Part shown: positions 26,559 through 36,148 of the stretch, in pieces
How the letters are laid out: the number at the start of each line of letters is the position of its first letter
How positions within the stretch are numbered: the stretch's first letter is position 1
Source: a virus
Taxonomy: Duplodnaviria > Caudoviricetes
Strand: one strand, 5' to 3'
IMG/VR virus record: IMGVR_UViG_3300008255_000266
Coordinates: 1 to 36,148 of that record
DNA length: 36,148 nt
Program-made: the position numbers and the translations under genes
Notes under the pieces: model-generated
The model's database searches: none
What the model was told of the DNA's origin: nothing
The model's input: the letters and a program-made list of their open reading frames with translations, nothing else

Positions 26559-29500
26559 TCACCTCACTCCATGCAGGTAGGCGTCACGACCCACCGCGTC
26601 GTCAAGGGCGTCACTCACCACACGTCGCATCATAGCCTCGTTCTCTGCGGGCGTCCCGGTCATCTGAGCGCCGCGCATGTCGATTGTAACAGTCGGGCCG
26701 TTCGGCGTTGCAGATCCCCCCGACGCCCCGGAAGACATAGCAAGAAACGCCCGGTTGACCGCCGCCGGAATGATCGCCTCGTCCTTGTGAATGAACGCAA
26801 GCATGTCGTAGGGAACGAGGTTGGTACCGAGTCCATAGCTGTTGAAGTGGTTCCCTGTAATACGTGAATCGGTAGGGAACATACCGATCGTCGTCGGGTT
26901 CGGAGCTTGGTTTGGGTGGTCTTTGTCGGGATTGGCCTGGTAGTTACCAGCGTTGTCGTAGTACACGGGATCGATGGGAACGGCTGAGTTATTCATGACG
27001 GTACCGTCTGGAGCAACCATCGCCTTCATACCGCCGCCGATAGCCACGTAACGGTAGGTATTCCCAAACTGCAATCCCGTTCCCAGATCTACTCCGCTGC
27101 CTGCATTGGGACCGCCCGCACCTCCAGCCACGCCAGGTATAGTTACTTTCTTTCCCAAACCAGAACTGGCTCCTGAGGTAGCGCCTGCTATCCTGTTAAG
27201 TTCTTTCACAACAGCGTCGGCGTAAGCCCTCGCGCTGATCACACCATCGGCGTAGAGCTTAGCGAGGTGATCCAGCGCAGCGGCTGTTGCTGCGGGTATC
27301 TTATCCAACTTACCCACAACAGAGAGGATTCCTGAATCGACAATCGCATTCAGGTTCTCTACGATCCAGTCCGCTGAGACACCGAGCTTCTTGGCGAGGT
27401 CCTCGATGGCGTCGGCGGCGATCACTGTACCGTCACGAATGTCGATTGCCGCCCCGTTCATCAGTTCGTTGATTTTGCCCATCATTGCCTCGAGCGCCGC
27501 GATGGACTCAGGCGACTTCGTGTCGATGGCAGTTCGGAGGGCATTCATGAACTCGTTGCCGACGTACTCGGCCTGCTCGGGCTTGAGCTTGTCTTTGAGC
27601 TTGAGCGTGATATCGGCGGCTGTGTTGCCCACGGCGAGGATGGCCTTTGACCCGCCCTTCTCGAGCGCCTCGGTGAACGTCGCCATGAACTGTATGCCCG
27701 CCGAGCCGATATCGCTCTCGCGCTTGGCGGATTTCATCGCCTTGCCGAATGAGGCCGAGAACGAGTCCGCCGTCAGTTCCGCCATACCGCTCAGTTGCGT
27801 GAGAAGCGAGGCAATTCCACTCGAGTCTTTGGAACCGAGGCCGTCCGCAACCGCTTGCATCAGGGACGCCCCGAACTCCTCCGCGTTAGGTACACCGAGC
27901 TCTTTCGCCGTGTCGATGGCTTCCTGAACCGTCTTGTACAGGGCGTTACCTGCGGACGCGTCGTTCTTCGTGATGGCCTCGCCGAACGCCGTCATGACAG
28001 CCGCGCCCGCCTCGCCAAACTTCGCGGTCAGATCACGTGATGCAAGCTCGGATGCGACGTTCCCGAGGAACGTTTCGAGCGCGTCGGCTACGTCCTTCGC
28101 AGATCCGCCGCCCTTGCCTCCGCCCTTTGCTGGTGACGCGGAATCGGACGATAGCTTGAGACTCTTTTCCCACTCCGTCATCGTCTCCGCAGTGGCAAGC
28201 TCGGCCCACGGATTGATTATGCCGGTGAAGTCCTCAGCCTGTATTCCATAGCCGCTCACGAGGTCGCCGAGTCCAGCCATCGTATACTCGATGCGGTCAA
28301 CCGTGTTGGCGGCACTCAATACTGCTATGTCACCAAGGCGGTCCATAGCGGCACCGACCCGGTAGCCCTCTCTGTCTATGCCTAGCTCAAGACCTTCCGG
28401 TATTGACTCTCCGATTTCCGCCATGACTTCGGAAGGTGAATGAATACCGAGGAACTTTTTGAGCACACCGGGAATATCGTCGGCTTTGTCCCAGAGCCAG
28501 TCGATGAAACTTCCCCACCTGTCGCTGATCCCATCCCAGAGACCCTGAACGATGTCTATGCCGATCTGGAGCATGTCGCCCGGTACACCGCTGAGGGCGT
28601 CGTTGACCTCACCAGGGAACTCGAGGAAGGGGCGAACAATGTCCACAAAGTAATCGACAACAGCACCAGCCAAGTCACCAAGAGCCCCGCCAATGAAATC
28701 GGCGGCAGCACCTACGGCATCCATGATGTCGTCGAAATGTTTGATGACTTGCTGTATGCCTTTGCCGAGTAGTACGAACGGGGCAAGGGCGAGACCGACA
28801 GCGATAATGAGAGGACTGAGTGCCAGCACAAGAGATTTTGTGGCCGTCTCGTGCTTCCGAAACCAGCCAACAACGCCTTCGATTGCGCCCTTGATGGCGT
28901 TGAACGCGGCAACGCCGAGATTGATCGCTCCCGCGATGGCGTTGATTGCACCTGCAATCAACGTCGACGTTAGCTGTATTTGGAGATCCAACAACACCAG
29001 TCGGAACGCTATACTAGCAACCACAACAGTTCCAAGAGCCTTCGCCAGAGGCTCAAACAAAGGAGCGAGCGGTGCAAGTGCAGTACCGAGATTACCGAAC
29101 GCCTTGCCGATGTCGTTCAACCCCTGACGGAGGTCCACAAGTACCTTCTCGACGAACGGGGTCAGGAACTCGATCGCGGGTTGCAATGCGTCAACGAGAC
29201 CAGAGAACGTGTTACCCCAATCGATCCCAGCAACCGCCGTCTGCGTCTGGTTCATTAGGCCAACGAACTTCTGCATTTCTGGGGTTGACGCCAGCGATGA
29301 CCACATATCCTGAATCGCGGGGATGGCCGTGCCCCGGATCCAGTCAATCGCCACACCGAGCCCAGAAACGATCATCTCACCAGCAGCGGACACGGCTGAT
29401 CCGATAGCCTCGGCGGCTGCTGTAGCTCCCGCAATGAACCTGGGATCATCCAGTACCGACGAGATCTTTGCCATCCCAGCGATAGCCATGTCATACAAGG

Positions 29501-30302
29501 GCTTGGTTGCGATGGCAGAGAGCTGCGTTAGCTGGTCCTTCAGTGTAGACACCCGCCCCTGGAACGTCTTCGCACCCTGTTCCATCGCGCCTGCGTTGCG
29601 CTTTTCCATCCCCGCTATCAGGATAGCGATGGACTTGTCTGCTCGAAGCAGCCCCTTCTGCCCCATTTCCTGAATCTCGCCCATCGTCTTACCCATACCC
29701 TCGGCAAGTATCTGCCATGCGGGTATTCCGGCTTCGGCGAGCTGCATCATTTCCTCGGCGGAAACTTTGCCCTTGCTCTTCATCTGCGTGATGGCACGAG
29801 TGACACGCTCAATCGATTCCGTACCACCGCCCATGCGAGACACGGCGTCGCCGATCGCAGTCAGGGTAGGGATGACTTCCTTCGCAGCGAATCCCATGTT
29901 GAGAAGTTGCTGTGCCTGTTTGACAAGCGGGCCAGTCTCGAAGGGCGTGTACTTGGCGAACTCCGTCAGTTCATTCATGAACGCTTTGGCTTTGTCGGCA
30001 GACCCAAGCATGGACTCGAAGGCCATCAGAGAGTTCTGTTGAAGCTGGTTGAAACCGAAACCCGTCTTGACTGCGGCCATGCCGAGCCCAGCAATAGCCG
30101 TCGCTGCTTGCGCCGCAATCTGTCCGACGGCCATCGCAGAGGCGAGCTTGCCGAAGCCCATCGATCCGTGCTGCGCCTGACCGCCCGCGTGTTGCGCCGC
30201 TGCACCAAGCTTCGTGGTTGCCGCCGCAGCCACGTTTACCTGGTGGATATAGACGTTAGCGCCCTCGAATACGCCTTTCAGTCCGACGGTTTCAAAGCTC
30301 AT
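26559..30302 (-). CDS. Tape measure protein
   Basis: 1247 aa, Ala/Gly-rich helical; FAKYTPF, QMKSKGKVSAEEMMQLAEAGIP and LGIHSPS motifs; follows the chaperone genes. Confidence 0.95.
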   Translation of the reverse strand: MSFETVGLKGVFEGANVYIHQVNVAAAATTKLGAAAQHAGGQAQHGSMGFGKLASAMAVGQIAAQAATAIAGLGMAAVKTGFGFNQLQQNSLMAFESMLGSADKAKAFMNELTEFAKYTPFETGPLVKQAQQLLNMGFAAKEVIPTLTAIGDAVSRMGGGTESIERVTRAITQMKSKGKVSAEEMMQLAEAGIPAWQILAEGMGKTMGEIQEMGQKGLLRADKSIAILIAGMEKRNAGAMEQGAKTFQGRVSTLKDQLTQLSAIATKPLYDMAIAGMAKISSVLDDPRFIAGATAAAEAIGSAVSAAGEMIVSGLGVAIDWIRGTAIPAIQDMWSSLASTPEMQKFVGLMNQTQTAVAGIDWGNTFSGLVDALQPAIEFLTPFVEKVLVDLRQGLNDIGKAFGNLGTALAPLAPLFEPLAKALGTVVVASIAFRLVLLDLQIQLTSTLIAGAINAIAGAINLGVAAFNAIKGAIEGVVGWFRKHETATKSLVLALSPLIIAVGLALAPFVLLGKGIQQVIKHFDDIMDAVGAAADFIGGALGDLAGAVVDYFVDIVRPFLEFPGEVNDALSGVPGDMLQIGIDIVQGLWDGISDRWGSFIDWLWDKADDIPGVLKKFLGIHSPSEVMAEIGESIPEGLELGIDREGYRVGAAMDRLGDIAVLSAANTVDRIEYTMAGLGDLVSGYGIQAEDFTGIINPWAELATAETMTEWEKSLKLSSDSASPAKGGGKGGGSAKDVADALETFLGNVASELASRDLTAKFGEAGAAVMTAFGEAITKNDASAGNALYKTVQEAIDTAKELGVPNAEEFGASLMQAVADGLGSKDSSGIASLLTQLSGMAELTADSFSASFGKAMKSAKRESDIGSAGIQFMATFTEALEKGGSKAILAVGNTAADITLKLKDKLKPEQAEYVGNEFMNALRTAIDTKSPESIAALEAMMGKINELMNGAAIDIRDGTVIAADAIEDLAKKLGVSADWIVENLNAIVDSGILSVVGKLDKIPAATAAALDHLAKLYADGVISARAYADAVVKELNRIAGATSGASSGLGKKVTIPGVAGGAGGPNAGSGVDLGTGLQFGNTYRYVAIGGGMKAMVAPDGTVMNNSAVPIDPVYYDNAGNYQANPDKDHPNQAPNPTTIGMFPTDSRITGNHFNSYGLGTNLVPYDMLAFIHKDEAIIPAAVNRAFLAMSSGASGGSATPNGPTVTIDMRGAQMTGTPAENEAMMRRVVSDALDDAVGRDAYLHGVR

Positions 30303-30595
30303 CGCTTGAACGTCCTGCGCTTGCGGCGCGTTTCTGACTCCCGCTCAACCGCGTCCTGCGAGTGTAACTGCACGAGGCTGTGTACACGCCGATGGGCAAC
30401 CGCTGTCGCACGCTCCCGCTGCGTCAGCTCTTGCCAGGCAGTCCACGGGTATCCGGCGAAGATGGCGGTCTCCCTTTCCTCGTACTCGGACACGAGCCCG
30501 AGTTGGCTGCACAAGTCATCGTACGCGATGCCGGTCGTTACGCTGTTCTTGACCGGGACCACGTAGATTGGTTCACCGTTCCTCTCGACCCCGAA
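30299..30595 (-). CDS. Tail assembly chaperone C-terminal (GT-like) extension, probably reached by frameshift
   Basis: Open +1 frame with no start of its own; overlaps the chaperone end and is coupled to the TMP ATG. Confidence 0.65.
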   Translation of the reverse strand, partial: FGVERNGEPIYVVPVKNSVTTGIAYDDLCSQLGLVSEYEERETAIFAGYPWTAWQELTQRERATAVAHRRVHSLVQLHSQDAVERESETRRKRRTFKR

Positions 30596-31136
30596 AGGCA
30601 ACGATTGCTCGCTGGACCTCCGATTCCTGTACCCCGGACCGCGAGATACACGCCGCAACAAGGTCGCGAATGTCGACTTCGGATACCAGCACGTAGTACC
30701 GGAGCCATGATAAGTAGCGCAGGTGTTTGTTCTCCGGGATCTCAATCCCGAGTGCCACGAGCGCTTCGGTCCATTCAGTGTCATCCGGGCGCTGACACCC
30801 CGCCGGAATGATCTCCGGCTTCGTACCGAGCACAAACATGACGTTGGTTGCCGCGAGCATCCTTTCGGACGCGTTCGCTTCGACCGCAGCCAGGTAGTCG
30901 GGATCGTTCGGGTTGAGTTCGTCCCGATTCTTGTCCTTGATGTGAACAATGGGAACGGACGGTACCGGGATGCGCATTGCTGCTTCGCGAATAGCGAACG
31001 GCGGGACCGGCACAATGCGCAGAGTAATGCCCCTGCTCAACGTAACCAGGTCCCGCTCTTCGCTTTCGGCGGTTACGACAGCAGCCGCCTCGGCTGCAGC
31101 GATTTCAGCTGCTGGATGCGAGGCTTTTGCTGCCAT
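30573..31136 (-). CDS. Tail assembly chaperone (G-like)
   Basis: Lies between the tail tube and tape measure genes; ends ...GCC TTT CGG GGT CGA GAG GAA CGG TGA. Confidence 0.7.
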   Translation of the reverse strand: MAAKASHPAAEIAAAEAAAVVTAESEERDLVTLSRGITLRIVPVPPFAIREAAMRIPVPSVPIVHIKDKNRDELNPNDPDYLAAVEANASERMLAATNVMFVLGTKPEIIPAGCQRPDDTEWTEALVALGIEIPENKHLRYLSWLRYYVLVSEVDIRDLVAACISRSGVQESEVQRAIVAFRGREER

Positions 31137-31139
31137 GGA

Positions 31140-32648
31140 TTAGGCCCCCTTGACCAGAATTCCGTCGACGCCGTTTGCACCCAGACCGCCAGCCCATAGG
31201 AGGTTGGGATCTTCGCCGCAAGCAGCGATGGCAACGAACGAATCCGACGTGGGCACGGTCTGCCCGGATGTCTCGGGCAGCACGTACCACGTGTTACCGC
31301 CGTTGATAGTGCGCAAGAGCTTACCGGCAGGACCGGCAGCGCCTCCCGCAATGTAGCCGACAGACGGCGTCGCGAACGCAATGTCCGTGATCGAGGTCAG
31401 CGACCCCGGTACGGTCTTCTGCGTCCAGGTCACGCCGCCGTCGATGGTGTAGTCGAGGTCGCCGTCGGCATAACCAACGAGCCAGACGTTCTCGCCGAGC
31501 ATCCAGACCGCGTTGATTGCAACAGCCGCCTGAGCTGCACGCACCGTGACCAGGGACCACGTTGCGCCACCGTTCCGGGTCAGAAGCAGGGCACCCGCAG
31601 CACCGCCGACGAGAAGATTCTCTTCGTCGAAGCCATGAATGCAGTTCAGGTTCTGCGCCGTCACGTCACCAGACGTTTGAGCCGTCGCGCCCGCCGTGAT
31701 ATCCGCCGAGAAGTAGATGTACCCGCCATCACCGACGATCCAGGTCTGCGTACGAGACACGGAGAAGAGATCGTTGGGTGCGCCAGTGGCACAAACAAGA
31801 CCCGTCACGATTTCGGTCCACGTCTCGGTGCCTGTGAGAATGTCCGCAAGCAGCGCGTAGTGGATCGAGCAGTCGCCGTTGCTGACCGCAGCGAGGTACG
31901 GACCTACGCAGGCGATTGCGTCTGGACTCTTGTTCGCAGCCAGAGACGTGATATTCGTCTCGTCCCAGGTTGCCCCGCCATCATCCGTGAACACTACCTC
32001 GGAAGGCAGTCCAGGCGAACCGGCGGTTGCTGACTGGATGGCGAAGACCTTCTGGCAACCGTCGCTGACGATGCCGCACGCGCCGCACGCCTTCGAATCG
32101 CAGATCACAACGTCGAGGACCGTTTGCACGATCTGTGACGCGGCTTGTTCCGCGAACACGAGCGGCTTCAGCTCGTAGTAGTCCTCACCAACAATGTCGA
32201 TGGTCTCCATGACCGGCGCTTCCTGGTCCGCGTCAAACGCACCAAGTTCGCCAGTGGAGTAGTTCGTGATTTCGGCTCCCTCGAGTACCAGGATCTTCTC
32301 CCAGCCCGCGTCAAAGTCCGAAGGATCTTTGCACGCGCCGACATGGATCTGGATATCGAGAGGGCACCCCTTGCGTACGAGCGCCAGCACGTCTGACAGA
32401 TCACGGGTCGTTCGAAACTCGAGCGACAGACCAGGCAAGCCCGGCTGACCGTGAATTTTGTCAACAGTGAGGAACTTCCCGTACTGCCTCGGGTCGGGGA
32501 TACGGATCGGAGTGACGTCGCCCTGGGACCACGTCAGAGCCGTGGCACGGGTGAGCGTCTGATACTCCGGCGTATGCCCCGGCGCGGCGCGGTCCTCGAT
32601 TGTGAAGACTCGCGACTGCGCCGTCCTCTGCAAGTTTGTGCGAACCAT
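31140..32648 (-). CDS. Probable major tail tube protein with C-terminal Asp-box (BNR) beta-propeller
   Basis: Position upstream of the chaperone; Asp-boxes TDDGGATW, TRNGGATW, TIDGGVTW and TINGGNTW. Confidence 0.7.
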   Translation of the reverse strand: MVRTNLQRTAQSRVFTIEDRAAPGHTPEYQTLTRATALTWSQGDVTPIRIPDPRQYGKFLTVDKIHGQPGLPGLSLEFRTTRDLSDVLALVRKGCPLDIQIHVGACKDPSDFDAGWEKILVLEGAEITNYSTGELGAFDADQEAPVMETIDIVGEDYYELKPLVFAEQAASQIVQTVLDVVICDSKACGACGIVSDGCQKVFAIQSATAGSPGLPSEVVFTDDGGATWDETNITSLAANKSPDAIACVGPYLAAVSNGDCSIHYALLADILTGTETWTEIVTGLVCATGAPNDLFSVSRTQTWIVGDGGYIYFSADITAGATAQTSGDVTAQNLNCIHGFDEENLLVGGAAGALLLTRNGGATWSLVTVRAAQAAVAINAVWMLGENVWLVGYADGDLDYTIDGGVTWTQKTVPGSLTSITDIAFATPSVGYIAGGAAGPAGKLLRTINGGNTWYVLPETSGQTVPTSDSFVAIAACGEDPNLLWAGGLGANGVDGILVKGA

Positions 32649-32651
32649 ATG

Positions 32652-33035
32652 CTATTTCCTCTTCGGTTCGACTGTTACGGGTACAGGCTTCCCGTTAACG
32701 GTGCCCACACCCTGATAAACGTTCACGATCCGCACGGCATCGACCCGGAACGCTGCGGACAGCGCGGAGATGATTTCTTGCGGTCGTTGGCGAGCATCGT
32801 TGGCGGTCAGGATCCGGCGAGCAAAGAGTTCGTTGTGCAGCCGAATCAGGACCTCCTTCGGAAGCCCAAGGTCGTCAAGCGGTGGCGGGCCGAGCGGTAC
32901 GCCGCTTGACGCGTGGGCATCCGAAAGATGTTCGGGCACCCCGCGCAGCCAGCGCCTACCTGATCCGTCAACGTACTCGACTTGTCGCAGTCCCATGCAA
33001 GGGTAAGGATCGGGGTTACGAGGGCGATTCGTCAA
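32652..33035 (-). CDS. Hypothetical protein
   Basis: Fills the gap in the structural operon. Confidence 0.6.
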   Translation of the reverse strand: MTNRPRNPDPYPCMGLRQVEYVDGSGRRWLRGVPEHLSDAHASSGVPLGPPPLDDLGLPKEVLIRLHNELFARRILTANDARQRPQEIISALSAAFRVDAVRIVNVYQGVGTVNGKPVPVTVEPKRK

Positions 33036-33054
33036 ACGGCGTGCGCAAACCCGG

Positions 33055-34308
33055 TTAGACGAGGACCGTGGACCGGGCAGCGGCTACACCTTGCGCTCGT
33101 ACATGCCGCCACGCGTAGATCTCTCCACGCCGTGTACCGAACGGGTTGTTCAGGTCCGAATCACCGAGAGTGAACGTAGACAGCTCCTCGGCTCCGCCGG
33201 TTGCGGCAAGGTCCGCCTGCCAGTGAGCAACACGCGCCGCGTTGCACGAGCATGTCTCCCGGTCGAGGAGCGCGGTCGCGTAGTACGCAACCGTCCGCTG
33301 CCAGGCGGGTGTCATCTCAAGTGTGGGACACGTCGCGTCAAGGTCTCGCAACCCGGCGTAATACCAGAGCCGCGTAATGTCGGGTTGACGTCCGACGGAC
33401 CATGCTACCGAATCGAACGACAGCGTCGTGGTGTTCCACGTAGCCGGGCTGTACGCAACGATTCCCGAGCGATGATCGCCGCGCGAGTGCAGGCACCCAT
33501 ACTGGCTTGAATATGCGCAGACAGTACAGCCGTCCGACCCGCAGCCACAGTTGTCGCTGAACGGCTCCCACAAGAACTGAACTTGCTGTGAAGGGTCGTT
33601 GTACACCCGGTACACGTCTGCCGTGGCGAGGAAGTCGGCGTCGGTGAGCCCATCGGCTATCGGTACGTCAACGTTCGCAAGTGACTCGAGGATGCTCTCG
33701 AGAACGCACAATTCGCGCCGGAAGGTGATCGTCGCCGTACCCGCTGCGATGGCAACCGTGATCGGGCGGATCTCCCACTTCGTATTGCCTGACTTTCCTG
33801 GGTAGAAGAGGTGAACTTCGCACGGGTCCGTAACCGTTGTCACTGCCGTGACGGTGCCCGTCTCCTTGTACCCATCGCCGTCGGCGTCACTCCAGACGAT
33901 CGCCGCTGCCGCATCGATAACTGTTGACCCGCGTATGCCGCCGGAGATGAGATGCTTCCACCGCGTCTGGACAGTGGGTGCATACGCGCGCACGTCTCCC
34001 TGTGAGAGGATCACAGCCTCAGGACGCCACGCGCGCGGCGCATCTCGCCACTCGTCCTGTTCCCACGTTGGGATTAGCCGGTACCCGAGCTCTCGCTCGA
34101 TGTTCGACTCGGCTTCGGCAATGGCAAGCGCAACGTCTTCGCGGGACACCCGGTCCGCCTCTTGCCACGGGTGCTGGAACCATGCCGTTTCGCACGTCGC
34201 CGTCTGGAGCGAGTTTAGTTGAACTCCCTCGAAGTGAAGTTTGTTAATCCCCATGATGCGAGCCCACGTCGCGAGGGGCAGTTTCGTTCGTGTTTCCGCG
34301 CGTGCCAT
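33055..34308 (-). CDS. Putative head-tail connector / virion structural protein, Cys-rich
   Basis: Adaptor-like AIAEAESNIERELGY and YYAG...VAYYATA segments; GAGGTG RBS. Confidence 0.55.
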   Translation of the reverse strand: MARAETRTKLPLATWARIMGINKLHFEGVQLNSLQTATCETAWFQHPWQEADRVSREDVALAIAEAESNIERELGYRLIPTWEQDEWRDAPRAWRPEAVILSQGDVRAYAPTVQTRWKHLISGGIRGSTVIDAAAAIVWSDADGDGYKETGTVTAVTTVTDPCEVHLFYPGKSGNTKWEIRPITVAIAAGTATITFRRELCVLESILESLANVDVPIADGLTDADFLATADVYRVYNDPSQQVQFLWEPFSDNCGCGSDGCTVCAYSSQYGCLHSRGDHRSGIVAYSPATWNTTTLSFDSVAWSVGRQPDITRLWYYAGLRDLDATCPTLEMTPAWQRTVAYYATALLDRETCSCNAARVAHWQADLAATGGAEELSTFTLGDSDLNNPFGTRRGEIYAWRHVRAQGVAAARSTVLV

Positions 34309-34356
34309 ATCGAGAACACCTCTTCGCCTGATTATCGTCCCAGCAGGGGCAAGGCG

Positions 34357-34641
34357 TCACGTTTCCCGCGCGTAGACCTCATGAATGAATACCGTGATGG
34401 CGGAAGCAGCAAGGACGTAGACTGGCGGCGACCAGTACCGCCACACCGCGAACACGACCGGAGCAGTCCACATGCTCATGCAATACGGACAGGTGAACAG
34501 TTGCCGCAGCCCCGTGACCTTGCCGGGCTTCTCGGTTCCAACCAGTTGCCGAACCCGGTCAAGCATCCGGAACGGACCATCCTCGTGCAGGATGAGGTTC
34601 GTCAGCCGCCACGTCGCGAGACCGAGAAGGAGGAGCGTCAC
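34357..34641 (-). CDS. DUF1360-family membrane protein
   Basis: LATWRLTNLI..EDGPF...LFTCPYCMSMW. Confidence 0.75.
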   Translation of the reverse strand: MTLLLLGLATWRLTNLILHEDGPFRMLDRVRQLVGTEKPGKVTGLRQLFTCPYCMSMWTAPVVFAVWRYWSPPVYVLAASAITVFIHEVYARET

Positions 34642-36148
34642 GCGTTGAGCGTCGGTTCGGTGGATACCGGGAGCGGGGCATCACCCACGTACACGCGAAA
34701 GTCTTTGAGTCCCGCAAACAGCGGTGCGTCGTTAGCCAGGACCCACGACGGTTTGTCACCCGCCGCGAACAGGTAGATAGCCCCCGACTGCCCCCGGTAG
34801 CTGACGGACCCAGCTCGCAGACCAATGTATTCGACCAGCAGAGCGTCACCGCCAGTTGGCTTCTCGAGTGATCGTTGCGTGGTTGCCGGGCGTATCGTTT
34901 GGCGCGCGCCGCCGCAGCTACTACATGCCATGAACTTCTTTCTCCCATCGAAGTATTCGGCCCAGCGCGACCGGATTTCAGCCAGGCGGCGCTTGAACTC
35001 ATCCTCATTATAGTTGCGCCTGGTACCAGTCCACTTTCGGTACGTGAACAATGGCGCGGCAAGGCGGCGCGAGCAGTACCCGGCGTGAGCGAGACGCAGT
35101 TGAAAGTCCCAGTCCTCCCACCCGATCTTTTCGGCATAACCGCCCGCCGCTGCCCACGCCGCACGGGGAACAAGCTGGACGATAGTGCCCCTCATCTTGG
35201 TCGTCAGTTGTTCACAATTCCAGTCCAAGAGCTCGTACGGTTTGAACACACCCTCGCGGTCGGGATCTTCCCAGAAATCCGGGTAGATGATGTCACCCTT
35301 TGACTCGACATACGCCGTCAATAGCCATTGCAACGCGTCCGGCTGAAGGTAGTCATCCGCGTCGAGCGGCAAGTATAAAGGGGTGGTTGCGGCTGCTATG
35401 CCAACGTTCCGTGCAGCCCCCACGTCGCGCACATTCGTCTCGATCACGCGTACCCACGTAGGCAGGTGCAACGGCTTGCCCGAATCGTTGACGACGATGC
35501 ACTCCCAGGACGGATACGATTGTGCTTGTACCGAGTCAACGGCGTCCTGGACAACCTTCTCATGCCCAGGACCTACCGGGATAATGATGGACACACGTGG
35601 GTCGTAGAGGGACACGTGCTGCTTACCGGACAGCCCCGCCGGAGCAGGAACCGCGCCGCGAGCCCACGGGAACCAGCGAATGTAGTCAAATCGCTTGCGC
35701 TCGTTGGCGCGTGACATGGATCCCTCGCGGTTGCGATAGATGAGCGTGTCGTGAGACGTGACGTAATCCGCCCGGAACCCGTAACTGGTGAGGCGAGTCC
35801 AGAAGTCCGCGTCCTCGGCTGTCTTAAGACGTCGCCTGTACCCGCCGGTCAGTTGCCACGCCTCGCGCCTATACATGGACGCATACGGCAGGAGATTGTA
35901 GCCCTGCACCTGGCGGTCGCCGTCAAACGTTACCGGCCACCCGGAGTGCCCCGGCTCCTGCGACGGAACGCCATAGTCGGTAGGCGTACGTCCGTCCTCA
36001 TCCACGAACCGGACGTTACCGTATGCAACATGCAGTGTCCGGTCGGTGCAAAGGGCGTCGGCCAGAAGCTGTACCGCGTTCGGATCCAGCATGTCGTCGG
36101 CGTCCAGTGGTAAGATGTACCGCCCCCGTGCCTGTTCGATTGCGACGT
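34638..36148 (-). CDS. Tandem GT2 glycosyltransferase, 5'-truncated by the window edge
   Basis: Two GT-A domains: YILPLDADD...AEDADFW and VSIIIPV...ARNVGI...LDADD...WEDWDF; the frame is open to the window edge. Confidence 0.88.
   Translation of the reverse strand, partial: VAIEQARGRYILPLDADDMLDPNAVQLLADALCTDRTLHVAYGNVRFVDEDGRTPTDYGVPSQEPGHSGWPVTFDGDRQVQGYNLLPYASMYRREAWQLTGGYRRRLKTAEDADFWTRLTSYGFRADYVTSHDTLIYRNREGSMSRANERKRFDYIRWFPWARGAVPAPAGLSGKQHVSLYDPRVSIIIPVGPGHEKVVQDAVDSVQAQSYPSWECIVVNDSGKPLHLPTWVRVIETNVRDVGAARNVGIAAATTPLYLPLDADDYLQPDALQWLLTAYVESKGDIIYPDFWEDPDREGVFKPYELLDWNCEQLTTKMRGTIVQLVPRAAWAAAGGYAEKIGWEDWDFQLRLAHAGYCSRRLAAPLFTYRKWTGTRRNYNEDEFKRRLAEIRSRWAEYFDGRKKFMACSSCGGARQTIRPATTQRSLEKPTGGDALLVEYIGLRAGSVSYRGQSGAIYLFAAGDKPSWVLANDAPLFAGLKDFRVYVGDAPLPVSTEPTLNA

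Noticed and set aside
30600-31015. ORF 30299..31015 as an independent 238-aa gene
   Set aside because: The upstream part overlaps the chaperone and reads as non-protein-like; only the part after the shift site is plausible.

Overview
A 36-kb, high-GC segment of a tailed dsDNA phage or prophage, probably a siphovirus; the host cannot be determined from the sequence. Almost all genes lie on the minus strand. In transcription order (right to left): a truncated double-GT2 glycosyltransferase; a head-tail and tail module (tail tube with a beta-propeller, tail assembly chaperone with a probable +1 frameshift, tape measure, minor tail proteins); an SNF2 helicase and a beta-clamp homolog; an amino-MTase coupled to a fold-II PLP enzyme; DUF932; a UDG-PolA fusion; a second MTase; a Cas4-like exonuclease; a Sak4-like ATPase containing an intein; an SSB; VRR-NUC; a prim-pol/helicase followed by an iteron-like origin; and a lysis/membrane cluster with a papain-M23 fusion endolysin. 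The most striking feature is the intein in the ATPase Walker A motif. It has no in-frame endonuclease, but it contains a complete HTH-HNH endonuclease gene nested on the opposite strand, the only convincing plus-strand gene in the window. The MTase-PLP pair is a candidate uncharacterised DNA hypermodification system. All family assignments come from motif recognition by eye; no searches were run.
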